Below are positions 34,552 to 46,868 of a stretch of 64,000 bases of DNA, piece after piece (the first letter of the stretch is position 1; the number at the start of each line of letters is the position of its first letter). Both the position numbers and the translations under genes were made by a program. The DNA is taken from assembly GCF_025526975.1 (NCBI RefSeq), contig NW_026515679.1, positions 496,001 through 560,000 on the forward strand, read 5' to 3'. A model generated the notes under the pieces. The model saw nothing but the letters and a program-made list of their open reading frames with translations, was not told the origin of the DNA and ran no database searches. Origin of the DNA: Fimicolochytrium jonesii. Its lineage: Eukaryota.

Positions 34552-37500
34552 ATGGCATCTGCCTACCAACAAATATGCGCTGCACTGGCCGGAGCTACTT
34601 CACCCGACCCTAACGTCCGCGGGCCGTCCGATACACAGCTGAAGCAGTGGGAAACAGAGCCAGGGTTCCACTCAACACTGCAGGACGTAGCAGCTGACGT
34701 TACTATCGATCTTAAATTACGGCTTCTGGCGGTGATCACCTTGAAGAATGGGATCGACAAGTACTGGCGGAAGACGGTGAAAGTAGGGGCGGTGCAGCCA
34801 GCGGAGAAGGTCAAAATACGTCAAACGGCTCTAGCGGTCCTGCTCAACGAAGAAAACGACAAAATTGCCGGTTACAACAGCCTCGTTGTCTCGAAAATCG
34901 CACGCTGCGACTATCCGCAGGAGTGGCCGGACCTCCTCCACACGCTGTTGCAGACGATACAAACCGCATTTGTGGATAATGCGCATGAGGTTGAGTCGGA
35001 GCCTGTGCGTCGCCGCGTGCAGCACCGCGCTTTGCATGCGCTGTATATGGTTGTGAAGGCGCTGTGTTCGAAGATGTTACCGACCAGTAGGAAACTGTAT
35101 CAGCAACTCGCGCCAGAGCTTCTGAGATACACGGCTACGATCTATACAGATCGAGCGGACCGAGCATTACAGCTGCTAGGGGAGCTGGTCCCTCGTCCGG
35201 GAGAAGAGCACCTGCTGCAGCTGCATTCCGGTCGGCCTCAGGATGCGGAAGCGGAATCGTGTTTGCGGCTGGCCGCTTTGGCGCTGAAAACGTTGCGAAG
35301 GGTGGTTGTGTATGGGTTCCGGGAGTGCCACAAGTCGCCTGAAGTGGTGAGCGTTGTGTCAATGCTCGTTGAGTATTTGCGGAAGTTTATGCCTCTGCGT
35401 GAGTTGGTCTCTGCATTTGATACCGTTAGTGTGGTATCCAGTCGCTTATCATTTTCCACCCTCTGGCCATTTAGGAACATCTGTACCACTACACCCGACC
35501 GGCCTCAAACGCTCCCTAAACACCATCCTGCTGCAAACCGGCAAAGTCTACCTAGACATGCAAAACCACGATGTCGCCAATTTCGTGCGGATCCCATCAA
35601 GTCTCGAGGTCGTCCGGTTCTACTGGAGCATAGCCGAAGAGAGCGCCGTACCCAATGACGATGTCATATTAGAAAAAGTGCTTATCCACTCCTTACGGCT
35701 GTTGAAGAACCTCATCAAAAACCCGGCGCTGAACATCCCGGCCGACCGTGATCTCCTCACCACGGTGCCAACAAACATTACTGCACGAGCGAGCACGCCG
35801 TCGATCAGAAGGGTCGTGTACGATCGTCTCCTCACGCCTGAATTCGTGAAACGCGCATGCGAGGTGCTTGTGGGGCGGTATATGGTGTTGACGGAGGACG
35901 ATCGGACGTCCTGGGAGGACAATGCGGAAGAGTGGTTTATAGAGCAGGAGGCGGATCGGTGGGAATACAATCTGCGGGTATGTTACACATTGTAGAGATG
36001 CCGAGGTCTATCGGGATGCGTGCTTACTCGGGGGTCGCCTCTCTTTTCAGGGTTGCAGCGAAAAGGTCTTCATGGACTTGATGTCAACGAACAGAGATAC
36101 GTTGCAACCGGTTGTGATGAGCATGCTTCAGATGGCCTCTGGGGATATCACCAACCCGGACGATTTCAACGCCATACTACTTAAAGACGCAGTATACTGT
36201 GCCGTCGGACTTACAGCGCACGACATGTTTGATTTCATCAACTTCGAATCTTGGTTCCAAACGAAGTTACTGGCCGAAGCCACGACAACAGATCCGCGTT
36301 TGACACCGTTGCAACGACGAATCGCGTGGTTGATCGCTCAATGGCTCCCTGTACAGCCCAGCCCGACGCTCTATGTCCCGGTGTACCGGCTTCTTATTCA
36401 ATTGATGTCAGGCAACAACGACATGGCGGTTCGTCTGACCGCCGTATCAACACTAAAAGCGGTGGTGGATGACTTTGGCTTCGAGCTCCAACCGTTCCTC
36501 GGATACGTCCAGCCTGTCCTCGACTCGTTGACCGCCGTCCTCGGCGATGTAGACGGAGTGGACTGCTTGGGCGGAGTGGTCAGCTGTCTCGCTACTGTGG
36601 TTGAGCGGCTGGAAGGCGTGATCGCACCACATGTGGATACAATCATGGGGATCGTGCCGATGCTGTGGGACGCAGCTGACGGGCAGGAGTTGTTCCGAGC
36701 GCATATTCTGCACATTCTCTCCAAATTGGTTGTTGCGCTACGGGCTGATTCGGAGCAGTTGCACCCGTTCATTATCCGCGTTCTTACGTATAGCATCGAT
36801 GTGCAGAATCCTGCGCATGTGTACCTCCTTGAAGATGGACTGGATCTCACGCTGGCGGTCCTGCGCAACGCCAAGCGGTGCACCACGGAGCTGTTTTCGC
36901 TGATGGGGTTCATCGTCCGTGTTCTCGATTACGGATCCGAGTCGTTGAAGAAAGCGCTCGCTATCGTCGAATGCTTTGTGATATTGGACATTCGCGTCCT
37001 GGATGCACACGCGCGAGGGATCTTGACGCAGATCTCAGAAACACTGGGTAATCTTAAACCAGAGGCTTCACAAGCCACTCTCCGCTGCCTGGACAGTATC
37101 ATTCAAGCGACCTCTGCGGACCCACACTACTCTGACGCACTCAAAAGCATGATGCTGGAAACAGGGCTCGTGAATCGGATTATCACGACCGTGTTGTCTG
37201 ATACGGAGCTGGCTGTGGTGGTCGTGGGGTATCTGAAGATTGTCGCGAGGCTTGTTGTGGAGGACCCGGCGTGGACGTTGGGCTGTTTGGTGGATGGGAG
37301 GACCTTGACGGCTTGGTGTGAAAAGGTATGTGCCCGCGCGGACGTTATAGCATTTGTGCGCTTGCACATGACTCACTGGTTCCGTCTGATCTGATAGTGG
37401 GACAACATGGGGCAGGCAGCCGACCGCCAACTCACGGCAATAGCTCTCACATCTCTCTGCACTATTCTTCTACCCTCGCCACAATCGCCGCAATCTCCCA

Positions 37501-38135
37501 GTGTAAGCCACCAACAATACCTCGCCACTCTCCAACCCCACCTCCCCACCATTCTCGGCATGGCAAGCAGCCTAATAGCCGAACAACGGTCCCTGAAAGA
37601 ATTCAAACGCGCGGGGAACACCAGCACGGGCGGCGGCCGACACAAGCATTTCGTGCTGAACGGCGAGATCGACAATGATGCAGATGCGGACGACGACGTG
37701 GATAACGATGATGACGAGGACGATGCCGAATTGGAGCGGGATGGGTACGATGCTGATCTTGATGTGGACACTGCGGGCGTGCATGATGTGGAGGGGTTCC
37801 AGGCCCCACACGCCCAACGACGGAAAGCGCTCCTGAAAGCGACGCGAGACGCTGCACTCGTCCGACTGTTTCACGGCGTCTCAACCCAATCACCACTGAC
37901 TTCGATCCCACGACGGGCGAACCGAACGCGGATGGAAACGGCCGTCGTGTGCGCATGGGCGAGGATTTTGGCGGGGTTGGCTGGCGCAAACGCAGCTGCG
38001 GTTTCGGCGAGCGCTGATCAGCAGAGTAGAGTGAGGGCGTATGAGCTTATCGTCGGTTTACTGGGGAGTGTAGATGGGGTGGAGGAGTTGAGGGCAGCTG
38101 TGGGGGAAGTTATAGGGGAGGGGGTTGTATTGTAG
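34552..38135 (+). CDS. IPO11: Importin-11 / Kap120 (karyopherin beta family), multi-exon
   Basis: IBN_N motif LKQWETEPGF..LAVITLKNGIDKYWRK, KIARCDYPQEWPDL, LLKDAVYCAVG, RRIAWLI, VYLLEDGLDL. Confidence 0.9.
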
Positions 38136-38555
38136 AGTTGCTGCATATAGAGCCACTCCATATATTCATACATCGACGGTAGTGTTTGAGAACTAGAAGC
38201 CGATCGCTGCATCGGCGTACCAACGAGCATGGACGTAACCTGCAACCAGCGTGATTTCCGGAAACATTCCTTCAATGTGCGAAATGTTTTATCTATTGAC
38301 AAAATACCCTCATAGGCAGAAAAAGTCAATCATCGCAGTGATAGATGCAACCTGGGTATTTTCGGCCTCTCTGATGGAGCGCTGCCCCGGACTCCTGACT
38401 ATCAGCAGGGTCCGAGGTGACCCACATCGGAAACCCTCGGTTGTGGCCTTCCGCTAGCACCCGCCCCCCTTTTTCAAGCCACAACCACATCAGACTCGGC
38501 TTTGGGTTTCGTGATTATCAGCGACGGTTCACAAATCGATGCGTCGCGCTTCTTT

Positions 38556-39389
38556 CTACTTCGTTTTGATAAAGCGGAGTTTTCCAGGAACATACTAGAA
38601 GCACAGATCAAATGTCGTCAGCAGACGGGCCCAGAATCCGCCATGTCGCATACACCTCCCACCCACCTTGAAGTTATCCGCATAAGTCTTAATCCTGAAT
38701 TTCGCCTTTGCTGGCTCATCGACCGTGTATTCCCACCCTTGGCGAAGCGCAAACCTGATAGCCTGCTCCCTATCGGGGAACTCCATCGTCACACCTTGTA
38801 CAGGGTCGTGGGAAGACGCCCAACCCATCAAAGGGTTCTCCCAACGCTCCTGTACGTCGAAGGAGATCACCCACTTTTCGGCTTTGCTGCTGCCTTGCTG
38901 TGTGGCGGAGCGGGACCGTTGGTAAATTCGGATGGGGCGGCGGGTGACGTAGTCGGGCACACCTATGGATGTTGAAACGGAGGGTTAAGCAGACGTCTAT
39001 ATGCAATCTGTCCAGCCACGTTTCCTGTTCCACGCGCCGACCTGCCGCTCATTGAAGCATCGTCTTCCTAGTTTCGCAACGCTCAAGTGCTTGCGCAAAG
39101 AATTCCAAAAGCCATCCCAAACTGATCCTGCAAGCCCTTTGTCGAATAACAAGTACTCACCAGAAGCAGCATCAGCCTCGAAGATGATATTTCCACCTTT
39201 CGGGTTGGGGATAATGAGTTCAGCGTCCTTGTCGGCGGTCTTATCGCCCGACAGCGACTCCATCTTCTCGCTCGACACGGCGTGGCATGGCGTTGTGCGG
39301 GAATAGGAGCGCTGTTGCTTTACTGAAGGAAACGACCGTGCAAGCGGCGAGGAGCGGACGAGTGTACGAGTGCACTGGCGCAGAGACAT
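38556..39389 (-). CDS. NDUFS4: NADH:ubiquinone oxidoreductase subunit NDUFS4, multi-exon
   Basis: IRIYQ..ATQQG..WVISFD..RWENPLMGWASS..AIRFA..GWEY..YADNF, with a mitochondrial presequence. Last exon YVPGKLRFIKTK*. Confidence 0.93.
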
Positions 39390-39713
39390 GATGCTGGTTG
39401 TTACTATTCGCCTAGGACTTCGTTGTTGAAGGTATCATAGCGCACGTTTGCTCGTCGCCGTTGAGGTTGTTCGCCGTCACAGCTGAATTGAAATGGGGCT
39501 GCAGTGCACGTGACAGCAATAGAACCGCGTAAGAGGATTCCCAAATCGCATTCCCAGTCGTCGCTTTTTCGGTCAGCGTTTTGCACTTTTGGACTCTCAC
39601 ATTGAGAAGGACTGGCAGTGGGATCTGAAACCGTCATTCGTGGCTGGCACTTTCTCGGCCGCAGGTTACTGAGCCTGTATATTTGCACGGTCTTACCCCG
39701 CTATAGTCCAGTC

Positions 39714-42554
39714 ATGGGAGGAGACAAAACTTCCCACCACCACCGGTCCGGTTTGAAGCAACAAAACAAGGGCTTCAAGTCCCGGCACTCGACGAAAGGA
39801 CAAGTCAAGGCCAAAACGAAGGGTTGGTTGTGTTTGTAATGGGCATCACCTCACGACTCCGTTTGCTAACTGGGTGCACACTGTAGGAAAGGTCGATGTG
39901 ACTCAGTCGGTAAAGCACAAACACAATGCTGTTTCGCATAAGGCGGACCGAAGGAACCAGGCGAAACTCATTCAGCAAAAGAAACGCAACGACCTGGTCA
40001 ACTTCAACCGATTGTTCTCTGGAGCGAGGGGCGCACCAAAGATTGTAGCTGTAGTTCCACTATGCCCGGACGTCGACCCTCGCCAAGTCGTCGCTGACCT
40101 GTACAGCTCACTAGGGGAAACGATGCCCTCTACTGTTGGCCCAATTACCCTGAATGTTGAGCGCTACAAGCAAAAGATACAGTTCCTAGCGCTAAACAGG
40201 AACTTGTTGGATATCTTGGACGGTGTGAAGATCGCCGATTTTGTTGTGTTTGTGGTATCGGCTCAAGTCGAAGTGGATACATTTGGGGAGCAATGCTTGA
40301 GTGCTATCAAAGCTCAGGGCGTCCCGTCTATCCTCAGCGTTGTCCAGGTGAGGGAGGACTCTGAATTGATGAATGGGAACTTATAGATCGCAGTGATTGA
40401 CCTTCGTTTCTCCCACAGCACTTGGACAAATGCCCTGAGAAGCAGCAAATAGACATCAAGAAGTCGCTGAACTTGTATATGGAGGATCATTTCCCGGAAG
40501 ACTCGAAACTCTTCAACACGGCCACAGAGACGGAAGGACTAGCCACCCTACGATTCATCACCCAGCAACGACCAAAACCCATTGCGTGGAGGGATCGTCA
40601 CGCCTATATCGTACCGGATACTGTGGAGTTTGTCCCGATTGAAGGAGATGAGGAGTCCGGAACCCTGATAGTCACTGGATATGTCCGCGGTAATAATCTT
40701 TCGGCGAATAGGCTGGTCCACATCCCGAATCACGGTGACTACCAAATCAAAGTGATCACGTCGGCTCAAAGCGCTGCTCAGTCAAGCGACATGGCGCTCG
40801 ACGTTACAATATTGGACCAGCCGGACCCCGCTCAACAGGTGCGCTACGGCCGGCGAATACGGCGGAGGAAACCGACAGCTAACATTCCGTCCTTTGCGCA
40901 GGAGTCGCTGGTCGTTGAGAACTCCCCAAATCCATTGGATGCCGAACAGACGTGGCCTACCGAGGAGGAGCTGCGTGAAGCTGATGGTAGCTATCTTTTA
41001 CTAGCCTCTGAGGTCTGGAATGCTTGCTCATCTTAGCGCCTCCACAGCCCGGGTCGAGCAAATGGGAGGAATCGTCGAAAGTGAAGCGCCGGCGAGAAAG
41101 CCACGGAGAGTACCCAAGGGTACGTCTGCATACCAGGCGGCTTGGATCATGGATGACGAGGACGAGGAGGAAGACGACGAAGATGCAGAAACTCACAGGA
41201 GCATGGACGTCACAATGACCGATGCGTCGGGAGTATCCGGAACCACCGTTGATTGGGCCAGCATGGGCCTCGGGCACAATGCTGGGGCAGATGTCGAGGT
41301 CGAGGAGGAAGAAGAGTACGAAGATCTTCAGGAAGATGACAAGAAATCATCTGATTTCGATGACGAGTACGACGAGGACGAAGAGAAGATGCAATACGAT
41401 GCATACGTCGATAAACAGAAGCAGGAGCGAGAAGAGAAGGAGTTCCCTGACGAAATCGACACGCCAAAAGATCCTGCGGCTCGAATTCGGTTCCAGCGGT
41501 ATCGTGGGCTGAAGAGTTTCAGGACGTCGCCATGGGACCCATATGAGAACTTGCCTGTAGACTATGCCCGGATTTTCCAAATCAAAAACTTCAAGCGCAC
41601 GCGGAGACGTGTGTTTGACAGTATCGACGAAGAGGGTATTGCTCCAGGAACAAATGTGGTGCTCCATATCCAGGCTGTTCCTCGGGCCGTGACTCGTAAG
41701 TAACAGCCGAACAAACCAGCAGTCAGGTGTTCCTTCGGCTGACTTTGTCATCACTTCACAGAACGGGACCTCACCCGCCCCTTCACACTCTTCACGCTGC
41801 TCCCCCACGAACAAAAGTTCTCCGTGGTCAACTTTGTCGTCTCCCGCAACGACCAAGACCAAGACGCAGTCAAGTCAAAAGACCCCGTCATCATCCAATC
41901 AGGGTTCCGTCGGTATATGGTTCAACCCATCTACTCCACCGACACCCGTGGTGGGAACAACAACGTGCATAAGTTTGAGCGGTTCTTGCAGCATGGCCGC
42001 ACGTCCGTGGCGACGGTGTATGCGCCCATCCAGTTTGGCCCTGCGCCTGTTCTCATGTGGAGGCCACAGGAGGGTGGAAATCGATGGGATGCGGGTAAGC
42101 AAGTTTGATGCACTCCACAATGTCTTCATTGCATCGTCTAGTACACCAGTCATTAACTCCGTGCATTGTAGAACACTGCCCGCCAATGCTCGCTCAGGGC
42201 TCCATCCTCGACCTCGACCCCTGCCGCATCGTCTCCAAACGCATCATCCTTACCGGCCACCCCTTCAAAGTGCACAAACGCGGCGCCGTCATCCGCTACA
42301 TGTTTTGGTCCCCGGAAGACATCAACTACTTCAAACCCGTCCAGCTCGTCACCAAGATGGGCCGCGTTGGGCATATCCGCGAAACCCTCGGAACACACGG
42401 GTACATGAAGTGTATCTTTGACGCCCCGTTGAAGGGGCAGGATACCGTGTGCATGTATCTGTACAAGCGCGTGTTCCCGAAATGGAATACGAGGCTGTTT
42501 GTGGATGCGGCGGGTGCGAAGGCGGATGAGGCTGTGGCTGATATGGAGATGTGA
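39714..42554 (+). CDS. TSR1: Pre-40S ribosome biogenesis factor Tsr1, multi-exon
   Basis: [83 protein letters not shown]. Confidence 0.95.
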
Positions 42555-42992
42555 GCCCCTGTCTGAAGGTATCTAGCCTTTTCTGAGATAGACCTTATGC
42601 AACTCGCTCTAGTCGTATTTATTTCGCGTACACCACATTTCCATCTTCATTTTTTGATCAATGATATATATAGCATATCGTATCTTTTGAAAGAGACGTT
42701 AGACTTATGGCTGCATGTGGTCTCGCTGGAGCATATCCGCCGAGGAGGCCGTTTGGGCGGGATGCCTCGGCAGATACCCATCATTTGATTGCAGTGATTG
42801 AGGGCAGTTCCGCCAATTGATGCAAGGTGCACAGTTAAGCAGACTCTGGCGCAGTCTTAGATTGTGTGCGGCCGTTATTGTCCAACTGTCATGCCGATAT
42901 CCTCAGGCCTAGAACTACGTCGTGCTGAGCACCAATCACTATTAACCTTCATAGACTACAGAATACGCCTGGGGATCCAACGACTAAATCTC

Positions 42993-44932
42993 CTAAGAGA
43001 TAGCAAGACGCTGTATACTAGGAAACGGATCCTCCTTCGCCGTAACCACCATCTGCTTCTCATACGATACATATCCCTTCAGATATCCCTTCAAACAAAC
43101 AAAACCGTTTATACAGTGCCCGCAGAGGTGGCCGTAATCTCATTTTGGTTGAACTTACCTTATCGATCATGTTTGCAAGCATACATCCCACATCGTCGAG
43201 CGTGGCCTCTGCGCCGGCCAAATGCAGCGCTTTTTGGAACTGGGTCATTTGGATCCGGGAGCTGGATCCATTCAAGATCCATCTGCCAAAAACCAAAAGT
43301 TCACCGGTTATTCCCCGACCCCTAACCTCCCCCCTATCATCCGGTACTCACACTTTCTTAAACAACTTCCGCACAGCCAAAGCCCTCGCCCTCTCCACCG
43401 TCAAATACGTCCCTCGATCAATCAAATCCCTCTGCAGATCATACAAACTCTGATCAAACAGTTTGATGTCGCCGCGTTTTATCGCCGTTACGAAATTGCC
43501 GTAGAGGTAGTTTAGGGCGGGGTATTTGGTGAGCAGGGTGGGATGGGGGAGGATGCCGAGGATGAAGCGGGCGGGGACGAGGTAATTTAGGATTAGGCTG
43601 GTGGGGTAAGGGTGGTGAGTATGTATGGGAAGGGTTGCGATAGTTGGCAGGGCTTACAGTCTGTTTTTGACCAGGCGGGATGATGCGCCTTTCTTTTTGA
43701 GCTGGGCGTGGCAGTGCCATAATGCGAAGGAGAGGTCCTCGTCCGCCTGCAAAGAAAGATAAGCATCAACATACCCTCCTGTGAATATGATATGAGACTC
43801 GGTCGATCCGTACCTTCTTGTAATTCTCGTTGTAGAAAGCCAGCACGCCAACATGGTATTTAAAGCTCAACTGATCCGCGATCGGGAATCTTTCGAGGCC
43901 TGGTAGATCACCTGCTGATATTGACCTAAGGATCGTTGGACATAGGTTCGTTTGTTGCAACTACGATATCGTGCATTAGTCGGGATGTGGTGGGGGAGAA
44001 GGTGGGACTGTAAGTGACGTACCCTGAAGTATATGCGGAACAGGAGGTTGACGATGTGATATGTTCCCCATTTTCTCGATTTGTCGGCTGGGGAGAAGCT
44101 GTAGCATGCATTCCACCAGAGTGAGCAACGGGCCCGTTTCCGATCCCGTTTTTGCGATCTTTACGGAATCCGTTGTGGGGAAACATACCGATCGGTCACG
44201 CAATACGAGAAGGCCTTATTCATCGATCTCGCCGCATCTTCCAGCCGCCCCGCTTTCTGTCCCGTACGTTGAAGGTACGTATCCGCCTATATGCGTAATC
44301 CAGAAAGATTCAGGAATCCTCCGCTCGCACAATCGTCCTCACTTCCGACCCTGTGCGCACCTCAATGCTCAACGCTCGCAAATCCCCATCAACAGCGTAG
44401 AGCACAGGAAGACACCACCGTGTCTGATTGGTAAACACCTGGTGAAAAGCCCTGCGAAAGTCAGCCACCCAAAGCTTTCTCCCGTGGGAGCTCAAAACAA
44501 CAACAACACTCACTGGGCGACCGTGTTTTGCAGCTCAGCAGCGCGCACAATGCCAGCTTCGTCTTCAACGCTGGTGCTCCGCTTAGGAGAAGAGGCAGAA
44601 GCAGACCGCCCCGAGCCCTCCAACGCTCTCAGGACTCGTAAGTGACCCCACACCACCTCGGCCCACTGCTCGTTTAACCTGCGTCGGACGGCGTTTTCGA
44701 CCACCGAGCCCTTTGTGATCACGGCAGATAACAACATTCCGTCGTTAGTTGAAAGTTGATGGACGCGAGAATAAAGAATTTCACTCACATGTGCTGCTTG
44801 CAAAGCGCCGTTGAGTTGTCGGGCGTGGTCATCGCCGATTTTCAAAAGTGCTGCCAACGTGGTGCCGTCTTCGACCTCTGCGGCGCTTGCTATCTGGTTC
44901 AGATAGGCTTGAACCGCTTCTTGATTCCCCAT
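42993..44932 (-). CDS. PCID2: PCI domain-containing protein 2 (PCID2/Csn12/Thp1-like), multi-exon
   Basis: NLCPTILRSI..FKYHVGVLAF, RLILNYLVP, DDVGCMLANMIDKG..KGYVSYEKQMVV..DPFP. Confidence 0.85.
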
Positions 44933-45246
44933 GTTGCCCTTGCTGAACCACCCTTGAACTTATGTATGCTGGAGCTTTGTACGGGGGGCTTCTCTAGGGG
45001 CTTCTTGGAGCCTTTCAAAGCAGACAAAAGGGGGACGGAAAGGGCGAACGCGACACGCGGCTCTGTTAGAACCCGTTACGAACATGCTGGTTGATACTTA
45101 ACGAGAGCGGGCGCTGCGCCACTTCGCACGCGCTGATTCATGACGGTGTTCCCGCTCCCTCCCGGCAACATCCGCCGGGCCCCTTGCTCAACTTCGACGA
45201 CTTCCAGTTTGCATTCCCCACAGAAACACTCGCAGGCACAGCGAAA

Positions 45247-46661
45247 ATGACCGCCATCATATCTACCCAGACCCACGACCACTTGGTCAAATACCTGTCC
45301 ACCGCAACCGGTAAGAGTATGCGTGCATTGCATCTCAGTCGAGAGGGCGATGATGCTAACCACCTTCTCCATATAGGTCGCGACAGAATCCACAGGTAGG
45401 GCGAACCAACCGAACGACCCATATAGAGCTAGAGCAGGATAACGGGGCGAATGACTAACGGCGAGACCTTCAGATTCGTGCAGTACTTCTCCCGCTTCCT
45501 CGTGTGGCACGGCCAGAGGAATGGCTACGACAAGGATCTCCTCGCCCGTTTGACCAACCTCATGGGAGCTCTGGGACAGACGAGGAAGCTCATGCGCGTC
45601 GGGCGACAGGTCGAGTTCTTGAGGACTATCCAGAAGGCTGCTGGCTTGAAGGACGATGTTACGCGTTTGACCACGATTGTCAAGAACACGTTCTTGTCCC
45701 TTTGGTTGGCCCATGATACGTGCCAGTGGGTGAGTTGTGTGCGAGCGATAGCTCTCGCGAGCGGAGCGAGTCCACTGTAATATCGAGCGTTAGCGAAGTA
45801 CGAGCGAAGCGAGTTCCGCGCCGCAGGCGCAATAACTGTGAGCGATAGCGAACAATTCTCTCTTTAGGCGAGCGAAGCGAGCCCCTGTCTTCCGCTGTGA
45901 GCGATAACGAACGTTCGTTTTTATGATATCGCGCCCAACCTCCTCGTCGCGAGCGGAGCGAGAAAGGTATCGTTCAACGGTCCATCCGTCCAACCAACCA
46001 ACCTCGCTTCGCTTCGCTTCGCCTCGCTTCGCCTCGCTTCACCCCAACCTTCCAACCGTCCAACCTAGGGCATCGTTTCAATCAACAGGCCTTTCATTCA
46101 TCCATCTAACCGCGACTCATTCTTCGCGGGTTTCATAGGCACACGGCGCCGGAGTCGTCAAATTCACCAACATCACCGAAATCTCCCGCCGCGGTATGAA
46201 GTGCTGGCTGATAGCCCTGACAGCCTCCATCCTGGGCAACCTGCACAAATCGCGCGTGATGGAGCTGCGTTACGCGCATGAGGAGAAGATTGTGCGGGCT
46301 GCCAAGAACAAGGGCGTGCCGGATGAGGTGGCTACGCAGACTTTGGAGACTTTGAGGCGGTGGGTTTTGTGTTTATTGCTTGGATTGGGACCGCGATGAT
46401 GGTCTGATATCTTGTGTGGAAAACAGTGACAAGGTCAAGCAGAACCTGGCGACGTTCCAGGACGCACTCGATATCTGCATCCCGGCGACGGGTCTTGGGC
46501 TCCTCAACATTGAGAGTGGATACATTGGTCTTATCGGAGCTACCACATCTATACTCGGCGCCAGTAAGTGACATCGTGACTGGAAGTATATTTTCTTGAT
46601 CGACGTGCTGATACGTCATTCTTCTTTCTTTGCAGTCACGCAATGGAACAATACCCGCTAG
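45247..46661 (+). CDS. PEX11: Peroxisomal biogenesis factor 11, multi-exon (includes a micro-exon and a 409-nt intron)
   Basis: KYLSTATGRDRIHRFVQYFSRFL, RKLMRVG, QDALDICIP..GYIGLIGATTS..QW. Confidence 0.88.
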
Positions 46662-46868
46662 ATTTCAACACTGCGATTTGTATATATGCACCAATTCATT
46701 GCATCTACGCAACCGTATTGTGACTGCCAGAATGTGCTATTATAACACTGTAGGAAATAGATTTGAGCATATGTATGTAGCTGAAAAGGATCTTCCTGGG
46801 GTATCTACCGCCGCTGTGACGAATGACGACTACATACACACGAGATCTACCCCAAATGTTTTCCTTCC

